A stretch of 64,000 nucleotides of DNA from Centroscyllium fabricii (taxonomy: Eukaryota), in assembly GCA_051313645.2 (NCBI GenBank), contig JBNRSN020000003.1:484530001-484594000 (forward strand), read 5' to 3'. Numbering within the stretch: position 1 is the stretch's first letter; the number at the start of each line of letters is the position of its first letter. This document shows positions 11,694 to 25,588 of this stretch, piece by piece. The translations under genes were made by a program, and so were the position numbers. Under the pieces are notes generated by a model, which did no database searches, was not told where the DNA came from, and worked only from the letters and a program-made list of their open reading frames with translations.

Positions 11694-14600
11694 ATGGACA
11701 AAATATTGCGACCTAATTGCCTGGAGCTAAAACCGCAGGCACCGGCCACACCCCGGAACTTCACCCACTGGCTCAGGGTGTTTGAACTCTTTTTAACCGC
11801 CTCCGCAACAACCATCACCACAGACGGCGATAAATTGGCGGTCCTGCTATCCCGGGTCAGCACAGCTATCTACGGGCTAATCCAGAAGGAAACCACCTAC
11901 ACAGGCGCTCTGCAGATCCTCAAGAACCGTTTGGAGGCCCCGATGAATGAGGTCTATGCGAGACACCAACTGCTGTGCCGCAAGCAACAGGCCGGTGAGT
12001 TGATTGCGGACTATGTCGAGGAGCTGCGGGTAATCGGTCAGGGCTGCAACTGCCAGGCAGTCTCGGCCGAGGTATACCTGGATGAATTGATCTGCGACGC
12101 TCTTGTTGTGGGTGTAAGATCGAGTTACACCCGCCAGCGGCTGCTCGAACAGGAGACCCTCAACCTAAAAAGGGCAATAACTGTCGCAAACTACCTGGAC
12201 ATTGCACATCGGAACATGGAGGCCTATGAACATCCGACAACCTCGTGGGCAACACGGGTGCAGCCATCATGGATAGTAGGACAAAACCCCGCCACGCCTC
12301 CCCCGCTCACTGCCGCTGCCGCTGTATCCAGCGCCCGGAAATGTTACTTCTGTGGCTACTCAAAGCACCCCAGGCAGCGCTGCCTGGCGAAATCAGCAAC
12401 GTGCTCCAGCTGCAGGAAGAAGGGCACTACGCCAGCGTCTGTAAGGGCAGACCATCCCCCAACCCCAGCAGCGCCGCATGTGGCCCGGCGGAGCAGCCAT
12501 CTTGGAGCAGCCATCTTGCCCTGCCGCGTGGTGAGCAAGGGGGCGGCCATCTTACCCTGCTGCGTGGTGAGCAAGGGGGCGGCCATCTTGGGTCTCCCCT
12601 GGCCGCGTGCGATCCATGGGCGCTGCCATCTTGTAACCGGCTGCACACGCACGCCTCCCCCCCTCCTCACCAGATTCTTCGCTGGATCGCGACCTGCTGC
12701 TACCTCAACTGGCCTTCTTCACCCTGGACCAGTCTAGACCCCACCAGGTCGCCAGGTCCACAATGGACATTCAGGTAAATGGCCACACCACGAACTGTCT
12801 CTTTGACTCCGGGAGCACCGAAAGCTTCATCAATCCGGACACTGTACAGAGGCTTCCGCTCTCGGTCCACCCGGCGCACCAGTGGATCTCCCTGGCTTCT
12901 AAAACACAAACGGCAGCTACTGCATCGTTACGCTGACAGTGCGGGGCACTGTCTACGACAATTTTAAACTCCTCATCCTCCCCCATCTCTGCGCTGCCAT
13001 CCTACTCGGGCTAGATTTTCAGAGCCATCTCGACAGCGTCACCATGAAGTACGGTGGGCCCCTTCCCCCCCTCACTGTCTGTAGCCAGCAGTTTTTAAAA
13101 AGCCAGCCCCACACTGTGTGCAGCCTCTTGACCCTCAATATCACCCCTCCTCCACTGTTCACTAACCTCACCCCCGACTGCAAGCCCATAGCTACAAAGC
13201 ACTACAGCATGGGGGACAGGGTTATCATTAAATCAGAGGTCCAGCGGCTCCTGAAGGATGGGGTCATCGAGACCAGCAACAGCCCCTGGAGAGCCCAGGT
13301 TGTAGTCGTCAAGACCGACGAGAAACACCGCCTGGTCATCGACTACAGCCAAACCATAAACAGGTTTACGCAGCTGGACGCATACCCTCTACCCCGCATT
13401 TCTGACATGGTAAATCAAATTGTGCAGTATCGCGTATTTTCCATGATTGACTTGAAGTCTGCCTACCACCAGCTCCCCATCCACCCCGAGGACCGCCAGT
13501 TCACTGCCTTTGAGGCGAACGGCCGCCTCTACCACTTCCTCAGGCTCCCCTTCAGCGTCACCAACAGTGTGTCAGTCTTCCAGCGGAAAATGGACCGTAT
13601 GTTGGACCAGAACGGGCTGCTGGCTACATTTCCCTATTTAGATAATGTCACCATCTGCGGCCACGACACGCATGACCACGACACCAACCTGGCCAAATTT
13701 CTCAAGACCGCCCAACTCCTTAACCTCACTTATAATAAGGAGAAATGTGTCTTCCGCACCACCCGCCTCGCCATCCTGGGCTGTGTCGTGGAGAACGGGG
13801 TCATCGGCCCTCACCCTGAACGCATGCGCCCCCTCCTGGAGCCCCCCCTCCCACACAGTCCCAAGCCCCTGAGAAGGTGTTTGGGCTTTTTCTCGTACTA
13901 CGCCCAGTGGGTCCCCCAGTACGCTGACAAAGCCCGTCCCCTCATCAAATCAACCTCCTTCCCCCTGGCGGATGAGGCTCACGCAGCCTTCGAGAGCATC
14001 AAGTCCGACATCGCCAAGGCGACCATGCACGCCGTGGACGAATCCACCCCATTCCAGGTGGAAAGTGATGCCTCTGACTTCGCTCTGGCCGCCACCGTCA
14101 ACCAGGCAGGGAGACCGGTGGCCTTCTTTTCCCACACCCTCCAAGGCCCTGAAATCAGACACTCCTCGGTGGAAAAGGAAGCCCAGGCCATCGTGGAAGC
14201 GGTGCGGCACTGGAGACATTACCTGGCCGGTAGAAGATTCACCCTGCTCACTGACCAGCGGTCAGTGACTTTCATGTTTAATAACAAACAGCGGGGTAAG
14301 ATCAAAAACGATAAAATCCTGAGGTGGAGAATTGAGCTATCCACCTATAACTATGACATCTTGTACCGGCCCGGTAAACTCAATGAGCCCCCGGATGCTC
14401 TATCATGCGGAACCTGTGCCAGCACACAAGTGGATAGATTGCAATCTCTCCACAATGACCTCTCCCACCCGGGAGTCACCCGTCTTTTTCATTTTGTTAA
14501 GTCTCGTAACCTGCTCTACTCCATTTCGGAGGTCTGGGCCGTCACCAGGAGCTGCTCGACCTGCGCCAAGTGCAAACCGCACTTCTTTAGGCCAGACAGA

Positions 14601-15520
14601 GCTAACCTGATTAAGGCCACCTGCCCCTTTGAGCATCTGAGCGTCGACTTCAAGGGGCCCCGCCCCTCAACCAACCGAAACGTGTATTTCCTCACCGTCA
14701 TTGATGAGTACTCATGTTTCCCCTTCGCTATCCCTTGCCCAGACATGACCGCGGCCACGGCCATCAGGTGCCTGCACAGCATCTTCACCATGTTCGGTCT
14801 CCCCAACTACATCCACAGGGTTCCTCGTTCATGAGCGATGAGCTGCGCCAGTACCTGCTCGAAAAGGGGTTGAATGAGCAGGACCACCAGCTACAACCCC
14901 CAAGGTAACGGGCAGGTTGAGAGGGAGAATGGCACGGTCTGGAAGGCCACTCTCCTAGCCCTGCGGTCTAAGGGCCTTCCAGTCTCCCGCTGGCAAGAGG
15001 TCCTTCCTGACGCACTCCACTCCATTCGGTCGCTACTTTGCACCACGACCAACGCCACCCCTCATGAGCGGATGTTTTCCTTCCCCAGGAAGTCTGCCAT
15101 GGGGGCCTCGTTACCATCATGGCTGATGTCCCCATGGCCCGTCCTGCTCCGGAAACACGTGAGGGGCCATAAGACGGACCCCATGGTCGAAAAGGTACAG
15201 CTCCTCCACGTCAACCCCCAGTACGCTTACATGGAGTACCCTGACGGGCAGGAGGACACCGTCTCCATTAGAGACCTTGCACCCTCAGGTGCCCCTGAGA
15301 CCACCACCCACCCCCCCACTAACTCTCAATGCAACGTCATTACCACCTTTTTCTCTAGCCCCTGTAGACAGCATACCAGACACCCGGGATCCACCGACGA
15401 TGCACGACCTCCAACAAACTGCTGCCACACCACCGACAGCGCCTGAGGATCCCGCACAACAGCCGGAGCTGCAACGGTCACGAAGGGAGACCAGACCCCC
15501 TGAAAGACTTTTGTATTCTG
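11694..15520 (+). pseudogene. Element B gag-pol with frameshifts
   Basis: ATG at 11694; knuckle CYFCGYSKHPRQRC; protease LFDSGS; RT YLDN; RNase H and IN spread over ORFs 11595, 12245, 12939, 14874. Confidence 0.9.
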
Positions 15521-15999
15521 CCCCCGGCGGGACCACTTCACCCCACCGGACTCAATCTTAAGCAAGGGGTGAATGTGGTAATACGGTTTACCACCAATGT
15601 ATATAGTTATCTGTACTGTAACACTGCATTGTAGAAAGTTGCCTCCTGTGGTTGCCTCTTGCCTACCTGGGATGCCTCAGCCGGCTCCGCCTCCGCACTC
15701 CACCCACAGGCTGCTATATAAAGGTCACAGCCTTGCTGACCTCGTGGCATTCCAGGGTCGGTTAGTAACAAGATAAGACCTGTGCTCCAGTTCTTAGTTA
15801 ATAAAAGCCTCAGTTGTATTCTTAACTTTGTCTTGAGTATAATTGGTCGTGCATCAGGTGGGACTGAAGTGGGTCGATCGGACCCACCAGGCTGAAATTC
15901 ACAAGCTGGTGGGAAACCGGTGGGAGGGGTTGCAACCCCCGGTTTCCACAATTTTGCCTCCCCGGCCACCGAAAAAGCCGCCTGTCGGCTCAATGAACA

Positions 16000-16462
16000 T
16001 TGACCCCTTTATATCTGCCTTGTGCGACATTGCCTACCGGTCCCGGCAGTACCTCAATTTTAAAATTCATATCCTTGCTTTCAAATCCCTTCATGGCCTT
16101 GTCCCTCCTGATCTCTGTAAACTTCTCCAGATCCACAACCCTCCGAAATTACCTGCGCTCCTCTAATTCTGGCCTCCTGAGCATCCCTGATTTTAATCAC
16201 TCCACTATTGGTGGCTGTGCCTTCAGCTGCCTAGGCCCTAAGCTCTGGAATTCCCTCCCTAAACCTCTCTGCCTCTCTACCTCTCTCTCCTTTAAGACGC
16301 TCTTTAAATCCTACCTCTTTGACCAAGCATTTGGTCATCTGTCCTAATATCACATTATGTGGCTCGGTGTCAAATTTTGTTTGATAATCGCTCCTGTGAA
16401 GCTCCTTGTGACATTTTACTACATTACCAGTGCTATGTAAACACAGGTTGTTGTTGTTGTTT
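16000..16462 (+). mobile_element. L2 LINE 3' fragment
   Basis: FKIHILAFKSLHGL..., AFSCLGPKLWNSLP...FKTLFKSYLF and a (TGT)n tail. Confidence 0.8.
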
Positions 16463-17335
16463 TTGTGTGTAGATTGATGCATAGCAAATACTGATTGCAT
16501 AAATGCTATGAAACCATTTGTAAGGATAACTGCAGTTGTCGTAAAGACAGTATAGGTTTGACTGACGGCTGAGGTCATATACTGGCGGGAGCCGACGCCA
16601 TCTTGACCCACGCTGCAGATTAGGCTTGGAGTCATTGAAGTAAGACCTAATAAAAGGAGCTCCAATACAACTTGGTGTTGGCCTACATTTGATCATTCAA
16701 TTAACATTACATGGTACCAGGATTATAGAACTCACGAAATGGACCGACAACAAACGATGGAAGGAGTTAAACCTCTGGCTAATCTTCAACTTGAAGGGAA
16801 TGTTGATGAGAATTGGAGGGTCTTCAAGCAACACTTTCTCCTCTACCTAACAACCATTGAGGCTGCTACGAGTTCGGGAACACATAAAGTTGCTTTGCTA
16901 TTAACAGTTGCGGGCTTACAGGCAAGTGAGCTGTTCAACATGTTTAATTATCACCCGAAGAGGATAAAAATGACTTTGATAATGTAATGAAATGGTTCGA
17001 GGAATTCTGCATGCCAAGAAAAAGAGACCTAAGAAAGGTTTGTGTTCCACTCTCGAGTACAAAAGCAAGGGGAATCCTTTGATGTATTTATAACAGATTT
17101 AAAAATCAAAGCCCAAACATGCAATTATTAAGATTTGAAAGAGTCGATGATATGGGATCAAATAGTATTCGGAATACTGGATAAACGGTTAAGAGAACGA
17201 ATGCTGAGAGACCATGATCTAAAACTGGATGCAGCAGTACCCATGTGAGTGAACTTTCAGCGATACAAACGAAAATGTTCGAAGGGAACACCCTGGGGCT
17301 GCAGAATCTGCCGGTGGATGCTGTACACAGAAGGG

Positions 17336-17595
17336 ACTCTAGAGAGCCAAGAGAGCCCATAGAGTACAACAAAATGGTGTTGTACGACTCTGGAGAGCCA
17401 AGAGGGCCCATAGAGTACAACAAGATGGCATCTTACGACTCGAGAGAGCTAGGAGGGCCGAGTGAGTACAACAAAATGGTGTTGTACACAGAAGGGACTC
17501 TAGAGAGCCAAGAGGGCCCATAGAGTACAACAAAATGGCATCCTACGACTCGAGAGAGCTAGGAGGGCCGAGTAAGTACAACAAAATGGCGCCGT
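17336..17595 (+). repeat. About 51-bp tandem repeat (about 5 copies) in the gag of element E
   Basis: Repeated GACTC.AGAGAGC.A.GAGGGCC...GAGTACAACAAAATGG; translates as (DSREPRGPIEYNKMVLY)n-like. Confidence 0.85.
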
Positions 17596-19499
17596 ATGAA
17601 TGCAGAGGGTGCAGGAATAGACACATGGCCAGGCAGTGTCCTGCATTTGGAAAGAGCTGCGCGAAATGCAAAGGCAGAAATCACTTTGCGAAGATGTGTT
17701 TCTGGGGATAAAGAGGCGAAAGTAAAAAGACTGTGCATGCTGTAGAAACTGCAGAGCCGGGAGCTGAGACTTTGTATGTGGGAATGGTGCATCAGGAAGC
17801 ACAACCCAGAGGGCCGATGAAGGAAGTCTGGATAGCTCCCTTGTTAGTAAACGGTACGATAGTCCCCTTCAAGCTTGATACAGGGGCTAAGGCAAATTTG
17901 ATAAGCTGCAGTGACGCATGAAAGCTCAAAGTGAGGCCAAAAACATTGAACAGGATAGTGTTGCTGAAGGCATACAACGGCCAAAACATCGAGACAAAAG
18001 GAATGTGTAGATTAATGGTGAAGGTAAAAAATCGTAGGCACTTCCTGACCTTTGTCATAATGCCTGAAGGGCATGAGTCACTGCTGGGAGATAAGGCCTG
18101 TGTGGATTTAGATCTTGTAAAAAGAGTTTACACGGTCAATGGACGGGACTGTATGCAAAATTACCCTGGAGAAAATTCGAATCTGAACTCTGAGACTATT
18201 ATACGTAAATATGCGGAGTTATTTCAGGGTTTCGGAGTGCTACCCTTCACATACTCCATTAAACTGAGGGAGGGTGCGCAACTAGTGATTCATGCACCCC
18301 GGAGAGTGCCAGTGGCCCTCCGTGAGAAGCTGAGGAAAGAACTAGACTGCATGGAAGGACTAGCAGTTATAACAAAGATTGAGCAACCAACAGGCTGTTA
18401 AATTCGATGGTCTGTGTCAACTCAAGGAATGATGACAAATTGAGGGTCTGTATGGATCCCAAGGGCCTTAACACCAATATAAAAAGAGAACATTATCAAA
18501 TTCCTAAAAGAGAGGAAATAGTTAGTGAAATGACAGAAGCAAAAGCCTTCTCCAAAATGGATGCTTCGCATGGCTTCTGGCAGTTGAAATTAGATGAAGA
18601 AAGTGCCAAGCTGTGCACATTTAACACCCCGTTTGGGAGATACTCCTACCAGCGTCTGCCATTTGGCATTAGCTCCGCCCCAGAAATATTCCATAGAGCA
18701 ATGGAGCGAATCATTGAGGGCCTGGAGGGGGTGTGGGTGTATGTGGATGACCTGGTGGTATGGGGCTCCACACAAAGGGAGCACGACATCAGGCTGGAGA
18801 AAAGATTCCAGAGAATACAGCAGTGTGGACTTAAGTTAAACAAAGATAAATGCCAGTTCAGTGTAAAGGAACTAATATTCCTAGGAGACAAGATCTCCAC
18901 AGAGGGAATTCAACCAGACAAGTCAAAGATAAAGGCAATACATGACATGGAGAAACCAAAAGACAAAAAAGGGGTACAGTGGGCCCTTGGCATGGTTAAC
19001 TACCGAGGAAAATTCATTCCAAATCTGGCCGTGAAAACTGAGCATCTGAGGAAAATGCTGTATCAAGAAATAGAGTTCCAATGGGGACATGAACATGCGC
19101 GAGAATGGAAGGGGCTGCTACATATCCTAGCAAGCGAACTCCTACTGAAGTTCTTCTGCCCTAAAAAGAGGACAAAAGTGTCAACAGATGCCTCTAAGAA
19201 TGGACTTGGCGCTGTCCTCCTACAGGAAGATGGGGGAGAATGGCGACCAGTGGCATATGCGTCACGTTCTATGACGGCTACAGAGTGCCGGTACGCACAA
19301 ATTGAGAAGGAATGCCTGGGCTTGGCATTTGGGTGTGAAAAATGTCATGCATATGTCGATGGCCTTCCCAAATTTATTCTAGAAACAGACCATAAGCCAC
19401 TGCTTGGGATTATAAAGAAAAATCTGTGTGACATGTCACCAAGAATACAACGCCTAATGATGAGACTTCAGCGTTACGGCTTTGAGTTAACATATGTGC

Positions 19500-19747
19500 T
19501 GTAGTGAACCATTTAGTGTAGTTCACACTGTGTTATTATTGTATATAGTTTGTGCTAATAAAGTTGTTCCTTTCTGTAAGCACCTGGACCAGCTGACCCC
19601 GCCTCCGGGTATGAGTATAAAGGAGGATGCTCCATCCACCTGACTCTCATTCCGGGCAGGACTCATCGTGGACCAGGTCTTGTTCTTAGCGAATAAAAGC
19701 CTTTGATTACGATCCACGAAAGACTGGTGTGATTGATTAGCGCATCA
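19500..19747 (+). mobile_element. Solo LTR of the A-D lineage
   Basis: TG..CA, TSD TGTGC, TATAAA and AATAAAAGCC; removing it restores ELTYV-PGTQMYIADALSR in the pol of element E. Confidence 0.92.
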
Positions 19748-20520
19748 TGTGCCAGGGACACAAATGTATATTGCGGACGCACTATCCAGGGCTGTGCCTT
19801 ACACCACACAAAATAATGAATCGGAAGAGGATGTGGCTCTCCATGTGGACATGGTCCACGCAGCATTGCCAGCTTCACAAGAACAGTTAGCAGTGATAGT
19901 AGCAGAGACAGCAAAGGACCCGGTTCTAAGTAAAGTCATGAACAACCTACAAAAAGGCTGGAAAAAAGGGTCATGCACACAATATTTTCAAATTCAGGTG
20001 GAGCTATCCATAGTCAATGGTATACTACTCAAGTGTGACAGGATAGTGGTGCCCACCTCTATGCGACAAGAAATGTTTGGCAGGAGAGGTGAAGGGCACC
20101 TGGGGGCAGAAAAGTCAAAAAGGAGAGCACGAGAGGGACTATACTGGCCAAACATGAATTCAGATATTGAGCAGCTGATCAGCGAGTGTGCTACGTATCA
20201 GGAGTACCACTACAAACAGACAAAAGAGCCCCTCATTACAACAGAGCTCCCATCACAGCCTTAGGAAAAGGTCGGAACTGATGTATTCCATCATGAAGGG
20301 AAAGGCTATTTACTAATTATTGATTACAACACCAATTATCCGGAGATGGCTCTGTTGTCCACAATGACATCAAGAGGTGTGATAACACACTTAAAGTTAA
20401 TATTTGCCAGACAGGGCATTCCTCTAACTCTGTTATCTGACAATGGCCCTCCCTACACCAGCCAGGAGTTTCAGACATTTGCCTCAGAATATGAATTCAA
20501 TCACATAACCTCCAGCCCAC

Positions 20521-20788
20521 TGTGGTAACCATCTATTACCAGTGTATATAGTTGATGTGCTCACCCTACCATTGTATATAGTTGATGTGCTTACCTTGAC
20601 ATTGTATGCTCGGCCAGGTCAGCCACACCCCTAACTCCTCCCCTCAGGTCGGAGCATATAGGTGAGGGCTGCCCTGCCCCCGCTCACTCTCGCCTTGAAC
20701 TCGACAGGAGACTAGCTCCATTGTAAGTGAATAAAAGCCTATAGTTTGGGTAACTACTCGCCTTTTGCATTTGATTGACGATACGTCA
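20521..20788 (+). mobile_element. Solo LTR of the A-D lineage (different family)
   Basis: TG..CA, TSD CCCAC, AATAAAAGCC; removing it restores [11 protein letters not shown] in the integrase of element E. Confidence 0.92.
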
Positions 20789-21242
20789 CCCACACTATCC
20801 CCAGGCCAATGGGAAAGCAGAGAAGGGGGTACAGATAGTGAAAAGACTGTTGAAAAAAGCCGCATACAGCAACGCAGATCCATATCTGGCCTTGATGTCG
20901 TACAGGGCAGCCCCTTTAGCAAGTGGCAAGTTGCCAGCTGAGCTCCTAATGGGCCGCAAAATCCAGACTATGTCGCACTCGAACACAGAAATGATGGGTG
21001 GGCAGATAAGGCCAGGAGGCTACAAATGAAACAAAATACATTTCATGATCGAACAGCCAGAATGTTAGCGCCTCTACAGGAGAAGGACTTGGGTAATATT
21101 CAAGGGCCAGAGTCATGGTCAAAGAAAGCCACTGTCTTACAACAGGTTGCTTCCAGGTCCTACAGAGTCATAACAGAGACTGGCGAGGTATATCGCAGAA
21201 ACAGGAGGCACCTACTGAAAACTACTGAGACATTTCACAGAT

Positions 21243-21616
21243 GACACGGTGGCGCAGTGGTTAGCACTGCTGCCTCGCAATAAGGAGCTCCTGGGTTCGA
21301 ATCCTGCTTGGCCCGGGACCTATCTGTGTGGAGTTTGCATGTTCTCCCCGTGTTCGTGTGGGTTTCCTCCGGGTACTCTGGTTTCCTCCCACCACCCAAA
21401 GACATGCAGGTTAGGTGAATTGGAGTTACTAAAAAAAAAAAAATTGCCCATGAGTATGTGTGTGAGATATAGTCCTCAGAGTTGGGGGTGTCGGGGGATA
21501 TGGGGAGAGGGTAGGAAGGGCGTGCTGGGTTTGAATGATCAGCCATGATCTCATCAAAATGGTGGAGCAGGCTCGAATGGCCAAATGGCCTATGCCTGCT
21601 TCTATCTTCTGTGTTT
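21243..21616 (+). mobile_element. Full-length tRNA-derived V-SINE (HE1-like)
   Basis: A box TGGCGCAGTGG, B box GGTTCGAATCC, V-core TGTGTGGAGTTTGCATGTTCTCCCCGTG...GGTTTCCTCC, CR1-like tail. Confidence 0.92.
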
Positions 21617-22382
21617 CACCCTCATGAGGAGAGAGATGAATCAGATATGTGGGAATCATCACAGATTGATGAAGGAAACAGTGGGGAAAAGTGACCTGTG
21701 TGGTCCAGAGATGAACTTAAGGGACAGAACTGGGGAGCTTTAGCAAACACAGGTTCAGCTATGCAGGTCACAGAGAACTAGAAGGCCGGTGATCAAAATG
21801 AACTTATAAAAGTAAAGACTGTAAATAGTTAAGGACTCCTGGGAAAGGAGTACCTGGAAAAGGGTTCCATGGGGAGGTTACACTGACTGTTTCTATATTT
21901 GTGCATATGTTATGTTTTGTAAGTTATTACTGTGTTATGCCTATTGATGTATTATGGACACCCTGAAGGGGGGAGATGTAAGGATAACTGCAGCTGCCGC
22001 AAAGACAACATAGGTTTGACTGACGGCTGATGTCATATACTGGCGGGAGCCAACGCCATCTTGACCCACGCTGCAGATTAGGCTTGGTGTCATTGAAGTA
22101 AGACCTAATAAAAGGAGCTCCAGTACAACTTGGGGTTTGGCCTACATTTGATCATTCAATTAACATTACACCATTGAAGCCAGAATGCTCAATGATTGTG
22201 ACCATTCCTTTGACTCAGAACGGAAGCTCACCCTGATTCAGTAGGGACCTTCTCCCTATGATGGGGCTACGGCACATGGTTGGGTCAAAGCAGAGGGAGC
22301 TTTACTGTGTATCTGCTTTGTCTTATATCTAATCTGAAAGGGCTTGAAGCTGTCTACGGCTGCAATGGAAAAGTGGTCCTAA

Positions 22383-25300
22383 TGTAGCGTAACTACCCGA
22401 GAGACTCATCCGATCTCTCTAGGACCTAGAATCCACCTTACCAGAGCGGGCCCACCGCTGTTCCCCCATTGGTCAGTGAGGTCAACGGTTATGGTCCCCC
22501 ATTGGTCCATAGGGCTGTCATTCAACAGCCCCCACAGTGCTTTGTGTTTTCGCGCCGTTTTCACTCAGTTCTGCGTTGTTGTGATTGAATAAAGACTTAT
22601 TGCATTCTGCTCCGCTGCTTTCCTCCGTTTCTCAATTATTTAAGAGTGGGAAAATTAGGTTCCCCACAATTGGTGACCCCGAATGTCAGACATAGAGAAT
22701 GCTGACCCGAACGCGCGCACAGCGGCCCGCCAGACCGAACGGCCGTCGACTACAAGTCTCCCTACCTTCTGCGAACACCAAGCAGCCACTTGGTTTATAC
22801 AAATGGAGGCACCTACAATGCATTACTCAAGATGAGGACCGCTATCTCCTCGTTGTTGCAGCCCTGCCGAGCTAAGTCGCCGCCGACATGGTCGACCTGC
22901 TCCACGACCCGCCGACAGCCGACAGGTACGCTGCCGTCAAGAAGCGCTTGCTGCAGGCCCACAACCTACCGGAGGCCGTGCAGGCCCAGCAACGTCTCGA
23001 ACTCCCGGTTCTCGGGGACTCCACGCCCACACGTTTAATGAAACGGATGCTTGCCCTGCTCGGCGACCACAGGGAGTGCCCTTTGTTCAGGGCACTCTTC
23101 ATCAACCTGCTTCCACAACCGGTGCAGTCCGCATTGGCAAACTTCAAAGACCACATCTGCCTCTGCACACCTTACATGGGCGCCGCCACAAGGCCCCCAA
23201 CCCGCTCGCCGCAGCCAACGCCCCGACCTCGACCGGAGCTTTGCTACTATCACGCATGAAAGGCCCACCGCTGCCGACCGCCTTGCTCCTTCGACGGAAA
23301 ACTGGCCCAACCCAAGCCCAAGACTTCGAATCAGCAACGCCGCCAATGTCCAGCCACTGCTAACGCCATGGGCACAGCAGGGCAGTTGCTCTATATTACA
23401 GACTCTCTGTCCGGCCAACAATTCCTCTGCGACACAGGGGCCCAGCTCAGCATCTTACCAGCCATGCATGCTGATCGATGGTCCGGCCGCAGCGGCCCAC
23501 TCTTCATAGCCGTGAATGGCGTAGCTATAATTCGGTAAGTGGCGCGCTGAAATCTGGCTGGGCGATCAACGCTTTGCATGGAACTTTGTCACGGCCAACA
23601 TAGAACGTCCATTGCTGGGCGCAGATTTCCTTTGTGCCCACGGCCTGCTCGTGGACGTCCGGGGCAGACGTCTGATGGACGCATCTACTTTCGCTTCGCT
23701 TCCCTGCCAGCGAGGTGATGGTCAACCCCTCATTAGCTCCTGCTCTCCTCCTCCGGGCGACAGGTACGCACGTCTGCTGGCTGAGTTTCCGGCCATCACG
23801 CAGCTGACTTTCTCTGACAGTACCACCAAACACGGCGTCCGACATCATATCGCCACCACTGGTCCACTGGTTTTCGCCAGAGCCAGATGCCTCGATCTTT
23901 CGAAGTTGGCGGTGGCCAAGCAAGAATTCTCTGCCCTGGAGAAGTTAGGGATCATTCGGCCTTCCAACAGTCCGTGGTCGTTCCCACTCCATATCGTCCC
24001 CAACCCCAGGCCGTTGGTGCCTACCTCCTGGCGCAGGCGCATTTTTCAGTTTGTCCATGGCCTCTCACACCCTGGAATGCAGGCTTCTCAAAAGCTCATG
24101 TCCACCAAGTTCGTTTGGCCAGGCCTGCATAAAGACGTGCGCGACTGGACTAACGCCTGCCAGGACTGTCAGTGCGCCAAGGGCCATCGACATACTAAGG
24201 CCCCTTTGGAAAATTTTCCGGTGCCCGAGCGACGCTTTGATCATGTCCATGTTGACCTGGTGGGCCCATTGCCCCCATCGCAGGGTTTCACCCATCTCCT
24301 CACTGTCGTTGACCGCACCACTAGGTGGCCAGAGGTAGTATCTCTTTCTTCCACTACTGCGGCCGACATCGCTCGTGCCTTCATTTTTTCTTGGGTGGCC
24401 CGTTTCGGGGTACCATTGGACATCACTTCCGATAGGGGCCCTCAGTTCACCACCCAACTCTAGAACGCAGTTGCCTCCAGCCTAGGTATGCAAGTGCACT
24501 GCACTATGGCATACCACCCACAGTCTAATGGCATTTGCGAATGCTTCCACCGCGCCCTTAAGGCCTCACTCTGAGCTAGCCTGGTTGATGCCAATTGGCT
24601 CGACAGGCTATCTTGGGTTTTGCTTGGGTTGCGTTCTGCACCCAAGGACGACCTCGGCACTTCATCTGCCGAACTCATTTTTTGAGAGCCTCTCTGTGTT
24701 CCAGGAGAATTTTTCCCCTCCACTACCGACCCTTGGTTGGCCAGCGAGCAACTCGCTCAGCTTAACGACGCGGCGCACCGTTTTCTCCCTAAGCCCACCT
24801 CTCAGCATGGTGTCCGCTCGACTCACATGCCTACCGAGCTCTGTTGGGCTAAATTTGTCTTCATGCATCGCGACGCTCACAGAACACCCTTGCAGGCGCC
24901 ATATACTGGCCCTTTCCTGGTGCTGGAGGTTGGTGACAAAGCTTTCTTCTTGGAGGTCGGGGGTCGACAGGACTGCGTGTCTATCGACCATCTTAAGCCG
25001 GCCCAGTTTGACCCCACCTTGCAGGAACAGTCTTCCCCAGCTCCGCGCCAGGAGTCTTTCTTTGTCCCGAGCGTACCCGTGGCAGGTCCCACAGTCTTTA
25101 CGCCCTCGGGTACAGCTCCAGTTGCAGTTTCGCCCCCTGTTTCACCTCCTTTCGCGCCTGCAGCGCAGTTACCCCCCAGTCCGGTACACAGCTCTCCGGC
25201 GCCCTCTCCAGCACCAGCGACCTATTGCTCTCGCAGCGGCTGCCTCATCAAACCTCCTCGGAGGTGGACGTACTATGTGTCTGTGGATTCTGAGGGGGCG

Positions 25301-25588
25301 TGTGAAGTGTAACTACCCGAGAGACTCATCCGATCTCTCTAGGACCTTGAATCCACCTTACCCGAGCGGGCCCGCCCCCGTTCCCCTATTGGTCAGTTAG
25401 ATCAATGGTTACAGTCCCCCATTGGTCCATAGGGCTGTCACTCAACAGCCCCCACAGTGCTTTGCGTTTTCGCACCGTTTTCTCTCAGTTCTGCGTTGTT
25501 GTGATTGAATAAAGACTTATTGGATTTTGCTCCGCTGCTTTCCTCCGTTTCTCGATTATTTAAGAGTGGGAAACTTAGGTTCCCCACA
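22383..25588 (+). mobile_element. Gypsy element F (CsRn1/Kabuki-like), internally deleted
   Basis: 286-bp LTRs 22383-22668 and 25303-25588; PBS TGGTGACCCCGA (tRNA-Trp); 4-bp TSD CTAA/CCAA; the RT N-terminus (PLHIVP) joins directly to the IN zinc region, so RT core and RNase H are missing. Confidence 0.93.

Larger units (their letters stand above)
11387..15856 (+). mobile_element. Gypsy LTR retrotransposon B (same lineage, older)
   Basis: 283-bp LTRs 11387-11669 and 15574-15856; PPT AAGCAAGGGGTGAA; degraded TSD (GACGG/GGTGG). Confidence 0.95.
6001..15986. mobile_element. Harbinger-type non-autonomous element split by Gypsy A and B (host pieces about 6001-6326, 11087-11386, 15857-15986)
   Basis: Pieces resemble the MITE at 48800-49701 (GGCCAATTAA, AAGGTAAGT, GGGCCCCTTAA motifs) and end in a TIR-like CATTGACCCC; left TIR not seen. 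Confidence 0.5.
16739..21240 (+). pseudogene. Element E gag-pol, degraded and interrupted
   Basis: Protease KLDTGA, RT YVDD, RNase H STDASKNGLGAVL, IN SDNGP and PQANGKAE; many stops. Confidence 0.9.
16519..22170 (+). mobile_element. Gypsy LTR retrotransposon E (Mag-like, tRNA-Leu primed), host of two solo LTRs and a SINE
   Basis: LTRs 16519-16711 and 21977-22170, TSD CCATT, PBS TGGTACCAGGA (complementary to the tRNA-Leu(UAA) 3' end), purine-rich PPT just before the 3' LTR. Confidence 0.95.

Noticed and set aside
17336-17595. CRISPR-like periodicity (also at 5165 and 30336)
   Set aside because: Plain tandem repeats without unique spacers, no cas genes, eukaryotic context.
21243-21320. tRNA-like sequences with A and B boxes (also 27490, 60783)
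   Set aside because: They are SINE heads followed by V-core and LINE tail, not tRNA genes.
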